From IMG/VR virus record IMGVR_UViG_3300021964_000012, positions 1 through 64,000 of that record: a DNA stretch of 64,000 bases. One strand, 5' to 3'. Numbering within the stretch: position 1 is the stretch's first letter; every line of letters begins with the position of its first letter. Below, one piece after another: positions 10,901-19,148 of the stretch. The translations under genes were made by a program, and so were the position numbers. The notes under the pieces are model-generated. The model was not told the origin of the DNA and did not search any database. It worked only from the letters and a program-made list of their open reading frames with translations.

Positions 10901-13900
10901 TACCAACAATCAATGGTATTCCAGATAATGTTGGATTGCCAAGTGCTGGTTACGTAAATTATGATGATGTTGACATTAAAGTTTTTGATTTTGATGACCT
11001 AACAACTGTGATAAACAACCTTACTACTATTGTCGTTGGAACAAATATTTGGGTCGCAAAAGCAAACACTTTCGATTGGAATATTTACAGAGTTAATCTT
11101 GTAAATTCTACACTTTCAACAGTGATTGACAACCTAAACGGAACTTGCACATTCACTTTTACTAGTAACCATGGTTTAAGTGTTGGACAAAGATTAATTA
11201 TAAAATTTTTCAATAGTGCAGTTGACGGTGCTTATATTATTCAAACTGTACCTGGACTAAAAACATTAACAGTAAATCTCAGTCTGCCAGATGACGTAAC
11301 AACAATTACAAATGGAAATGGTAGAGCCTTTACACTAGAGAGTGTAAGAGTTGCTCAACCAAGTGATATTGCTGGACTTAGTTTTAGTACAAGTTTAGTT
11401 GCTACAAATCAAGTATGGGTCGATAATAACGGTAATGACAATTGGACAGTGTTACAAAAACAAAATCCATTCTCAACCACAGGCGAAATACAAGCCGAAA
11501 CACCAGTTATAAATGATCTACTCGGAACCTCGTTGGCACAAGGATTAAACAATGACGGATTGATTATTGGAGCAACAGGATACGCAAGTGGCATTGGTGG
11601 TGTTTATGCGTATAACAAGTTAGAGGATGGTTCAACAATTAATGGTTCAACCTATGCTCAGCAAACAATTCTTTCTCCTGATGCATCACTCCTGTTCACA
11701 GGTTTTGGATTTAGCACTGATGTAGGTGACACTGAATGGGCTATAGTTGGTGCACCTGATTCAGATTCTAATAAAGGTTATGCAAGTGCCATTGTTAGAA
11801 ATTCCTCAAACGCAACTTATAGTTTCTATCAGCACTTTAACACAGGAACAAATGACGCTGATAAATTTGGTTATAGCGTAGCCATTAGCGATGATGAACG
11901 CTGGATGTATATCAGTGCTCCAGCTGATAACAAAATTTATGCATATAACAAAGTAAATGTGCAAACACAGAGTTTAACATTCACTGGAGACGGAACAACA
12001 TTAAGTTTTGTAATAGAACCAACAATTCAAGTTGATGCCAGTGACGGAACCGCTCAAACACAAATCAAAGTCACAAGAAATACACTTGAACAAACTGCTG
12101 GTGTTGATTATACAGTCCTTACCTCAAATGATATACAATCAGTGATTTTTACCACTGCACCAAATCTTGATGATGTAATTGTTATTAGTAGACGTGAGAG
12201 CCAAAGTTTTAATCCAACTGTGTTAACAACAAACTTTAGTTTTACAACTTTGTTTACGGCCAGTGACATTTATTCAATGACTGTTGTGCAGGACTCAGTT
12301 TTATTGCGTCCATTTTTTGACTACACAGTTGTTGGATCTGACATTGTATTGACTTCAGGAATAAGTTCGGGAACTTTAACAATAAATGCAAAAACGCATT
12401 GGGATTTTGTTAATAGTTTTACTGCAAGTGGTCTTGGAGCCAGCGATCAATTTGGTTACAGTGTATCAACAACCACAGATGGCAGACAAATTTTAATTGG
12501 CACTCCAGATGCAACCATTGAAACAAATACTTTTGCTGGTGAAAGTTATATTGTTGATAGAAGTGTAGAAAGATTTCAAGTTACCAATGCCGCTACAGTT
12601 TCTTATACAACCAGCATTGTTCCTACTGTTCCAGTTACAGTCAAACTTAACGGAACATTCTTAATTCCAACTGGAAATGCAAACAATGCACAATTTAGTG
12701 TTGCTGGAAGTGTAATAACTATCGGAACAACACTTAATCCAGTAACTCTTTCAGTTGGTGATATAATCGAAATTGAAACTAATAGTTTTACTACACTACA
12801 AAATTTTAACAGTGCCTTAAACGGTGAAAACTATTATTTTGGTAGAGCCGTTGACATGTGTTCAACTAATTGTAGTGCATATATCAGTATGCCACACGAT
12901 AGTGCAGTGGCAGTTGAACAAGGTAGTGTAGAGCGTTGGATAAATCAAAGCCGACTTTTTGGAACTATTACCGGTACTGTGTCTAATCCTGTGCTTAGTG
13001 CCGCAGACAGTATCCGTATCAACAACTACTATGTAACACTCACAGGAACAACAGTTGAGAGTTTGGTTACTGATATTACAAATGCAAATATTCCAAATAT
13101 AGTTGGTGCTACAGTAAATGGCGCATTACAAATTACATTGGTTGATATAGAAGCTGGAGAACAGTTTATCAAACTAGAAGTAGCACCGGGTACAGGAACT
13201 GCATTTAGTGATTTAGGATTGAAACCTTGGGTATATGCTCAAACAATTGTTCCACCTGTTGCACAAGCATATGGACATTTTGGCACAAGTATTAACATTA
13301 GTGATGATGCACTTACATTAAGTGTTGGAGCTCCAGATGCAACTGCATTCTTATCTACTACTTTTGATAATTCAACAACAGATTTTGATTCTGGATCAAC
13401 AAACGTGGTAGATCCAATGCCTGAATCAGGCGTTGCATATACATACGATTTTTTAAATTCTGCATCTCCAAGTGCAACAAACTCTGGCAAGTTTGTATAC
13501 GGACAACAAATTTACGATATGAGTATTACCAGCCTTGACAAATTTGGAAGTAGTGTAAGTTATGTAGACGGAATCTTACTTGTTGGTGCACCAAATGATG
13601 ATCTTGGCGATAGCTCTGGTAACTTTGGTCGTGTAACACAGTTCACAAATGCTGATAATGAACCAAGTTGGAAAGCAAGATATACGGAAGCCCCAGTTGT
13701 AGATTCAGCATTGTTAAATAGTGTGTTTATATACAATAAAGTTTCTAATAGTATTACAAGATACTTAGATTTCATAGATCCACTGCAAGGTAGAATACTA
13801 GGAGCCGCAAACGCCAACATTGACTACACAGGCGGAATTGACCCTGCGTTGTATAACACAGGTACAGTGAACAACTTTGGAAGCATGTGGAGAGAAGAAC

Positions 13901-16900
13901 ACCTTGGAGAAATCTGGTGGGACTTATCAACGGTTAGATTTATAGATTATAATCAAGATGACATACAGTTTAGAGCAAGACGGTGGGGTCAGTTATTTGA
14001 TGGTTCTAGTGTAGATATCTATCAATGGACTGAGAACAGAGTACCGCCTGCAAATTATAGTGGACCTGGAACAGTGTATACAACTGATAGTTATACAACT
14101 ATAACGTATCTTGACAGTGCTGGCACCTTTGTAACAAAGTATTTTTATTGGATCAAAGGATTGACTGCTATCAGCCCAAACAAAACACTAAGTTCGAGCG
14201 GTATAGAACAGTACATTTCCAATCCACGTGCCAGTGGTATTAGTTATGCAGCCGCAATTGCAAAAAATGAAATTACACTTTTTAACTCAAGAAACCTTAT
14301 AAGTGCTGATGACTCAATATTGCATGTTGAATTTGATAAAATTGCCAATGATGACAATGTTCATAGTGAATATGATATCATAACCGACGCAGATAAGAAC
14401 AGTTTCTTAGGAACACAATTGTATAGAAAATATCTTGACAGTTTTTGCGGAGCTGATACATCAGGAAATGCAGTTCCAGATACAACACTTAGTCTTGCGA
14501 ATAGATATGGTGTTAGTTTTCGACCAAGACAAAGTATGTTTGTTGATAGATTTCTTGCACTTAAGAACTACATGACCAGAGCAAATGCTATTATGAAGTT
14601 GTATACTATTTCAGAAAGCAAGAGTTTTACATTATTAAACAGCGAAGAACCTGAACCAACTCTAGCAAGTGGATTATGGAACAAGCGAGTTTTAACCTAT
14701 GCTGAGCTTACCTATCAAGACTTAGCACAGGTAGCAATTGGATATCAATATCTAGTGGCAAGCGATGTTAACAACGAAGGGCTATGGTCAATCTATACTG
14801 TACAATCAGATCAAACACTTTTATTAACTCGTGTACAAAGCTATAAAACAAATCTTTATTGGAGTTATGTTGATTGGTTTGGAATTAATGCTGATGGGTC
14901 GTTTTACAATAGTGATAATACTTCTTCTTATGAGGTTGCAGTTTACAGTAATCTTTTAGCTCTCAACAATGTACAAAACGGCGAATGGGCAACTGTTACT
15001 GCAAACAGTAATGGAAAAACAGAAGTTTACCAATATAGCACAACATCAGGTGAATGGACAAGAGTTTATTTAGAAGATGGTACAATTGAAATAGACGCAA
15101 CTATCTGGGATTATACGATTGAAAATCCCATAGCTGGCGAAGAACCAATTACAGAAACAAGACAAATATTACAAGCTCTAAACACTGAAATATTTGTAGG
15201 AGATTTATTAGTAAGACGTAATGAATTATTAATATTGATGTTTGAATTTATAATGAGTACATTGGCCGCGCCAAACTGGTTGTTTAAAACTAGTTTAATT
15301 GATATAAATCATAAAATACGTGACTTAATTGAATATCCAATATTCAGAAGAGATAATCAAGACTTTGTTGAGGATTATATCAAAGAAGTTAAACCATATC
15401 ATGTTCAAATTAGAGAATTCAATTTAAGATACGAAGGTGAAGATACTTACAACGGAAGTGTAACTGATTTTGATTTACCAGCATATTACGATAATACTTT
15501 ACAACAGTTTGTATCGCCAATATTAGATGATAGTACAAATCCAGAATCAAAAAGTGCCGTGCCAAGTACATCATCATTATGGACGACGTTTCCATGGAGT
15601 CAATGGTATCAAAACTATCTATTGGTGGTTTCAACTGCTACAGTAGTTAATGGTGGGTCTGGGTATACAGTGGCACCACAAGTTATTGTTACAGGTGATG
15701 CTACAACACAGGCAACTATGACAGCAACTGTAAACACCGCTGGAGTAGTAACTGCTATCAATGTTATTACTCCTGGTAGTGGATATACCACCACACCGAT
15801 TATTACTATTTCAGGTGGTAACGGTAGTGGAGCAACTGCAATAGCAGTGCTAGGCACACAACAAGTACGTGATTTTACAACTACTATTGCTTATAACAGA
15901 ATTACATACTCAAGCACAGTAATAGATTGGACTGCAAATACTGCATACACTGCTGGACAATTAGTGCGTTATCCAGTGCCAATTGTAGGTGTAGTTAATG
16001 TTGCTGAACCTAAAATTTACAATGTAACTTCGAATTTTACGTCGACTTCTGAGTTTAATCCAGATAATTATACTGTTGTTGATCCTGACACACTAGATGC
16101 CGCTGACAGAACCATTGGATTGTATAATCCAGGTCCAAACGAACCTGGACGCGAGTTAGCACAGGTAATGACTGGTATTGACTATCCTGGTGTGCAGGTC
16201 GATGCTCCGGACTTTAATCAAAATACTGGTTTTGATATTGGAAATTATGATATAAATCCATTTGATAATATCAGTTTTGGCCCAGAAGGGTTACCCACAT
16301 ACGACGATTCTATACTAGATGTGATATATGAAAGCAGTTTTACTGATACCTATTTAGGAACAAGAGCAACAGATATTAACGTAGAGGGCGGCGGATTTAT
16401 CGACACATATAGTTCACATGCTCCTGAAGAACTTGTGCCTGGAAGCGAATTTGACACACTAGATATAAAAGTTTTTACTAGACCCGGCAGTGACTGGAGT
16501 AATAATGGACACGGGTTTGAAATTAAAAGCACTAATAGTTTCTTTGAAGCAACTGGAGTAACAATTAGTTTTCTAAACCTTGTTCAACATCCTGTTAATG
16601 TAAATGTTATAAACATATCAACTGGGCAGGTTCTACCACCATCTGTAATTGCAATCAATTGGGTAACAAAAACTGTGGTTGTGAGTGCTAGTGCAAATGC
16701 AAGTGTTGATGATGTGATTAGAGTTGAAGTATATGGAGTAGGTGGAGGTTCGCAACTTTATAAAGAAAGTTTTGTTGGAAGTTCTATAACAAACCGTACA
16801 CAAATAATACCTGTGGCATTTTCAGAAATCAATGAAATGCTTATTTTCTTAGATGGCAGTGAAACAACTGATTATACTTTTGCAGCCAGCGGTAGTTTTG

Positions 16901-18405
16901 CGACAGAAATCACTTTTGGCAGTCAGCCTACCAGCACACAATGGCTTACAATTATTGCTCTTGGAGAAACTACACCAATACAATATAGTTGGAGCACAGA
17001 GGTAAAAGATTACTTTAACTATGATGGATCTAGCACACAATATCCATTAAGTGCAAGTCTACAAGGAACAAACGTTGCAAACATGATTGTTGATAAAGAT
17101 GGTTTAAGATTGCGTCCACCAGAAGGAATAGAATATACTGGTGATGGATCAAGTCTTGGGCCTTATTATCTAAGTACCACTGCAAAAACAAACCAAGCAT
17201 TAATTAGTTCTGCTGATTTACTGGTGTATGTCGATAATGTGAGACAGAATGTTTCTGTAAACTGGACTCTAAGTCCATGGGATGGCAGTAGTGATAGATA
17301 TATTGAATTTAATACGCAGTCTTTGCCAGCAGCTGGATCAAGAATAGAAATTTATACTACCACTGAAGCTGACTATACAATTGTTAATACCAGTGATATC
17401 AATCTAAGAGTCAGTGCTGCTTTTGATACACTATTTGATGTTACTACATATAACGATACATCTCAACAAAAAATCTTAACCAAGGTGTTTGTTGGACCTA
17501 CAACCGAAGGTGCAATTGAAACAAACAACTTTGCACTAGGAAGACTGGTAACAGATACACAAAGAGTTATTGTTACTTTAAATGGACAATATTTACAACC
17601 AACCGTCGATTTTACAATATCAACAGATGGTACCCAACTTAGTACCTTGGTACTAGATCTAAGTCTTCTGAATGCTTCAGACGTTTTAGCAGTAACAATT
17701 TTTACGAATAGTGTTGTACCAAACAGTCTTAACTTCCGTATCTTCCAAGACATGATTGGTAATCAAAAACTGCTTAGATTTAATAAAACAAACACTACTG
17801 AACTAGCACAGACAGTGGCAATCTCAGATGATACTATTTTTGTTAATGATGTTAGCAAGCTAGGTGAACCTAATCTTACACAAGGTATTTTTGGACAACT
17901 GATTGTAGGTGGCGAAAGAATTACTTATAGATCAAGAAATACAGGAAACAATAGTGTTAGTGGCTTGAGAAGGGGAACTGCTGGTACTGGAATATATCAA
18001 CATGAAGTTGGTGAAACTGTTAGTGATGTTGGTGCAGGACAACAACTGCCTGCCCGTTATCAAGAAAAAACCACCACTGACAAAACAAATGTAGGTGACG
18101 GATCAACTAGAGTTTTTGAAACATCTATTGTGATTCCAACACTTATCGACAGTACAGAAATCACAGATGCAATTAGCGTAATAGTTGGAGGAACAGTATT
18201 GGTACCTGAAACAGATTATTCTGTTACTGAAGTAAATGTAACAACAACTGAAGTAACATTGGTAACTGCACCAGCTGATGGAGTGGAAGTGTACTTTAGC
18301 CAAGTTACTGCAAATGTAATGTATGCTCAGGGTGCAAGTACTGCAAGTAACGGAGTTGCACTACAAGATCAAACCACACCAGCTGCTCTGTTTTTGAAAG
18401 ACTAG
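4933..18405 (+). CDS. Giant baseplate/virion structural protein (gp7-position, 4490 aa)
   Basis: Single ORF following the gp6-like gene; IKEVKPYHVQIREF motif; FG-GAP repeats, GSGY repeats, GDG-type domains. Confidence 0.8.
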   Translation: MAKRIRSEDFLPEIFQTPANKQLLRSTLDQLTQNPKLKPTEGYIGRKIGPGVTASDNYILEPSATRTDYQLEPGVVQLQPDTSTVDNAITYPGIIDSLKMQGANTTRHDRLFNSEHYSYDPMIDYDKFVNFGQYYWIPAGPNSVDVFANTIPTADNFDVTYSEVGYKFSGYSGTLPTITLVREGNYTFDVNASGRNFWIQSVPGTSGVLPQQANQSSREVLGVTNNGDDVGTVSFNVPAKTAQNFFFNLADIGSTDLVEDTLQFNQINNRYVDVFLEEHGGIDGITDLQNRTLIFNTTTDQGWEDEEPFSSEGFDTTAFSDSGAIPTDADRYVQWRINYNYDDPLRPFMELTKVQSIANLSKTKIEYGTEYSGSTMYKTAEGVFARQPLITANLDILYYQDGSDELNFGVIRVVDQINSSDLNIEDILGEPNYTSPNGVVFTNGLKVKFIGNVVPASYANVEYYVEGVGTAIEFVKVTDLITPETYTKSETVPFDSTSFDEGGFDATADAPIVQDYLLINRASINLNAWSRGNRWFHIDVLTATANYNNTVLTLDNDARAKRPIIEFVKNLKLYNFGTLATQPVDIIDFDETDAFSNINGTSGYSVDGYSLIEGSRIIFNADVDPEVVNKIYTVQFINLGAGDIIDLQPASLTEPDIATNITVVVRSGVTEQGKSYWFNGITWTEAQQKTDTNQAPLFDIYDSSGYSLSDTLVYPSTTFAGTKIFSYAVGTGTTDSIIEQPLKYLTINNVGDIVFDNNFYSDTFTYGSSNNGTTANISLGTVRQYNTIDTFIKLLGWQTSFTNYVQRQSFSFEFDGNSLILDVEVSNDTSIVPVKVFVEGQFILSDTYTYATNSAGVTEITFNANVVGQPATVPPIGSVIEVQVISNSPSSVAFYTIPDNLESNALNENSSTFTLGTLRTHYESICQNLEHFSGKIHGANNIRDLGNIIPYGDLILQQSAPLTLTTPFINERSTDYFRSLEFNASEYNKTKNKILDYVANNDWENKTAAEILDQTLLAINAGKTSSSSFYWTDAIPTGTVYEQTTYTVTPITTYVFDTLYNYNFTSANYQGLLVYYIPVSTGVETQLVGDGHEYTVATDGPRITINSSDITLSIGDKIIIREYKTTYGSYVPATPSMLGLYQVYMPREFLDNTYVEPTNVIQGHDGSITVSFPDGDYRNSVLLEFEKRCYNNIKLTADEKYNPILQAVDVIPGQFRTTDYTLTEINDILNVSFLAWVGAQRVPYKIQTYDADNGFTWNYSQSANRLDGKPLLGFWRGIYFNLYDTDSPDTRPWEMVGLSEKPTWWETRYGPAPYTSGNTVLWQDMADGKITYPTGDVIKPRFVRPELLDCLPTDSQGNLVDPMVSIVGSYDINSFKKSWVAGDYAPTQTAWRRSSYYPFAIQRLLALTMPAKYFGLFSDVDLYKYNTDFNQYLYNDRYRVDASTVEVYGNGTAKHSFINFVVDYNRLTGVDSTALVKTKLENLDVRLCYRMAGFSDKSYLKIFSEKSSPNSLNSSLLLPDESYQLFLYKNPSFSEVQFSSVIVQRTNTGWTVAGYSTTKPYFNILKSTAAGTFSTFTVNGNTFRVPQTFTNQVTQVPYGYEFSSSSSVVDFLVSYGELLKQQGMSFDSTENEVIVNWTQMAQEFIYWVGQSWTVGSVINLNPAANILKLEKDFSVVESLASENLNDVILNQNFRPLLSDDYAVERLDNELKLIGLNNNTFSFLQGRFTSYEHIIVFDNISIFNDLIYQPVTGARQNRLLVNGYTVYDWNGTLDAQGFILNQDNIKSWEPNVGYTKGQIVEYKNSYWSATTILSPSQTFVFADWIKSDYARIQTGLLPNLATKADELQDNYNIHTANLESDSTLLGLGLIGFRPRQYMQNLNLDDISQAGLYSQFLGTKGTIRAAEQFKSANLGKEEAEYEIRENWAIQRAIYGANANRSYFELQLEESKLLSNPSTIAVVAPDTISTAEQTVLIDDIYKSSYKISTTDILPTINGIPDNVGLPSAGYVNYDDVDIKVFDFDDLTTVINNLTTIVVGTNIWVAKANTFDWNIYRVNLVNSTLSTVIDNLNGTCTFTFTSNHGLSVGQRLIIKFFNSAVDGAYIIQTVPGLKTLTVNLSLPDDVTTITNGNGRAFTLESVRVAQPSDIAGLSFSTSLVATNQVWVDNNGNDNWTVLQKQNPFSTTGEIQAETPVINDLLGTSLAQGLNNDGLIIGATGYASGIGGVYAYNKLEDGSTINGSTYAQQTILSPDASLLFTGFGFSTDVGDTEWAIVGAPDSDSNKGYASAIVRNSSNATYSFYQHFNTGTNDADKFGYSVAISDDERWMYISAPADNKIYAYNKVNVQTQSLTFTGDGTTLSFVIEPTIQVDASDGTAQTQIKVTRNTLEQTAGVDYTVLTSNDIQSVIFTTAPNLDDVIVISRRESQSFNPTVLTTNFSFTTLFTASDIYSMTVVQDSVLLRPFFDYTVVGSDIVLTSGISSGTLTINAKTHWDFVNSFTASGLGASDQFGYSVSTTTDGRQILIGTPDATIETNTFAGESYIVDRSVERFQVTNAATVSYTTSIVPTVPVTVKLNGTFLIPTGNANNAQFSVAGSVITIGTTLNPVTLSVGDIIEIETNSFTTLQNFNSALNGENYYFGRAVDMCSTNCSAYISMPHDSAVAVEQGSVERWINQSRLFGTITGTVSNPVLSAADSIRINNYYVTLTGTTVESLVTDITNANIPNIVGATVNGALQITLVDIEAGEQFIKLEVAPGTGTAFSDLGLKPWVYAQTIVPPVAQAYGHFGTSINISDDALTLSVGAPDATAFLSTTFDNSTTDFDSGSTNVVDPMPESGVAYTYDFLNSASPSATNSGKFVYGQQIYDMSITSLDKFGSSVSYVDGILLVGAPNDDLGDSSGNFGRVTQFTNADNEPSWKARYTEAPVVDSALLNSVFIYNKVSNSITRYLDFIDPLQGRILGAANANIDYTGGIDPALYNTGTVNNFGSMWREEHLGEIWWDLSTVRFIDYNQDDIQFRARRWGQLFDGSSVDIYQWTENRVPPANYSGPGTVYTTDSYTTITYLDSAGTFVTKYFYWIKGLTAISPNKTLSSSGIEQYISNPRASGISYAAAIAKNEITLFNSRNLISADDSILHVEFDKIANDDNVHSEYDIITDADKNSFLGTQLYRKYLDSFCGADTSGNAVPDTTLSLANRYGVSFRPRQSMFVDRFLALKNYMTRANAIMKLYTISESKSFTLLNSEEPEPTLASGLWNKRVLTYAELTYQDLAQVAIGYQYLVASDVNNEGLWSIYTVQSDQTLLLTRVQSYKTNLYWSYVDWFGINADGSFYNSDNTSSYEVAVYSNLLALNNVQNGEWATVTANSNGKTEVYQYSTTSGEWTRVYLEDGTIEIDATIWDYTIENPIAGEEPITETRQILQALNTEIFVGDLLVRRNELLILMFEFIMSTLAAPNWLFKTSLIDINHKIRDLIEYPIFRRDNQDFVEDYIKEVKPYHVQIREFNLRYEGEDTYNGSVTDFDLPAYYDNTLQQFVSPILDDSTNPESKSAVPSTSSLWTTFPWSQWYQNYLLVVSTATVVNGGSGYTVAPQVIVTGDATTQATMTATVNTAGVVTAINVITPGSGYTTTPIITISGGNGSGATAIAVLGTQQVRDFTTTIAYNRITYSSTVIDWTANTAYTAGQLVRYPVPIVGVVNVAEPKIYNVTSNFTSTSEFNPDNYTVVDPDTLDAADRTIGLYNPGPNEPGRELAQVMTGIDYPGVQVDAPDFNQNTGFDIGNYDINPFDNISFGPEGLPTYDDSILDVIYESSFTDTYLGTRATDINVEGGGFIDTYSSHAPEELVPGSEFDTLDIKVFTRPGSDWSNNGHGFEIKSTNSFFEATGVTISFLNLVQHPVNVNVINISTGQVLPPSVIAINWVTKTVVVSASANASVDDVIRVEVYGVGGGSQLYKESFVGSSITNRTQIIPVAFSEINEMLIFLDGSETTDYTFAASGSFATEITFGSQPTSTQWLTIIALGETTPIQYSWSTEVKDYFNYDGSSTQYPLSASLQGTNVANMIVDKDGLRLRPPEGIEYTGDGSSLGPYYLSTTAKTNQALISSADLLVYVDNVRQNVSVNWTLSPWDGSSDRYIEFNTQSLPAAGSRIEIYTTTEADYTIVNTSDINLRVSAAFDTLFDVTTYNDTSQQKILTKVFVGPTTEGAIETNNFALGRLVTDTQRVIVTLNGQYLQPTVDFTISTDGTQLSTLVLDLSLLNASDVLAVTIFTNSVVPNSLNFRIFQDMIGNQKLLRFNKTNTTELAQTVAISDDTIFVNDVSKLGEPNLTQGIFGQLIVGGERITYRSRNTGNNSVSGLRRGTAGTGIYQHEVGETVSDVGAGQQLPARYQEKTTTDKTNVGDGSTRVFETSIVIPTLIDSTEITDAISVIVGGTVLVPETDYSVTEVNVTTTEVTLVTAPADGVEVYFSQVTANVMYAQGASTASNGVALQDQTTPAALFLKD
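11521..13600 (+). repeat. Seven FG-GAP-like propeller blades within the giant protein
   Basis: LGTSLA (11521), GFGFSTD..VGAPD (11701), KFGYSVAIS (11863), QFGYSVS..IGTPD (12448), YFGRAVD (12835), HFGTSINIS..VGAPD (13276), KFGSSVS..VGAPND (13540). Confidence 0.7.
15646..15846 (+). repeat. Two tandem G(G/S)GYT..P...I.GG..GA.A units
   Basis: VNGGSGYTVAPQVIVTG and TPGSGYTTTPIITISGGNGSGATA. Confidence 0.7.
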
Positions 18406-18419
18406 GTAATTTATTAAGG

Positions 18420-18425
18420 TAAATA
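18420..18425 (+). promoter_or_regulatory. Late promoter TAAATA, 4 nt before ATG
   Basis: TAAATA-cagc-ATG(18430). Confidence 0.6.
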
Positions 18426-18429
18426 CAGC

Positions 18430-19092
18430 ATGGAACAAGAAAATGCAAATGAGGAATCAGTGACAGAATCAGTTGACGAAGTTCGTCCAAATGAAAATGG
18501 TCAAATTGCTATTAGTGGACACATAAAAATATTTGATCCTAATAGCGGTGAAGTCATTGTTGATAAACGCAATGCCATACATTATGAAAATATTAGTGAA
18601 GCATTAGCAAATAGTCTTGCAAATAAAGCAGTTGGACAAATTTACAGTATGGCATTTGGAAATGGAGGTAGTAGTGTTGATACCACTGGTGTTATCACAT
18701 ATTTGCCACCAAATACAACTGGACAAAATGCCAACCTCTACAACCCAACATATTCAAAAGTTGTAGATGATAATAGTGCAAGTAATACTGATACTACAAG
18801 AAATAAACTAACAGTTACACATACAACTGGAAAAGTATACACAGATATACTAGTAAGTTGTTTATTAGATTATGGCGAGCCTTCAGGTCAACAGGCTTTT
18901 GATAATTCAACAGATTTCAATGGTGATTATGTTTTTGATGAGTTAGGTTTAAAAACTTGGAATGGCAGTGCAACCGACTTAAGATTAATAACACATGTGA
19001 TTTTTCATCCAGTGCAAAAAAGTTTAAACAGACAGATACAGATTGATTATACTGTGCGTATACAGACATTAACCAATCTTAGTTCAACATAA
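18430..19092 (+). CDS. Putative baseplate-associated structural protein
   Basis: 220-aa ORF inside the structural operon with a late-promoter motif; function not recognised. Confidence 0.55.
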   Translation: MEQENANEESVTESVDEVRPNENGQIAISGHIKIFDPNSGEVIVDKRNAIHYENISEALANSLANKAVGQIYSMAFGNGGSSVDTTGVITYLPPNTTGQNANLYNPTYSKVVDDNSASNTDTTRNKLTVTHTTGKVYTDILVSCLLDYGEPSGQQAFDNSTDFNGDYVFDELGLKTWNGSATDLRLITHVIFHPVQKSLNRQIQIDYTVRIQTLTNLSST

Positions 19093-19148
19093 ATACAGGT
19101 ATATTATAAAAATAATAAGTACACTTGTAGTAAACGGAGTAAAACAAA

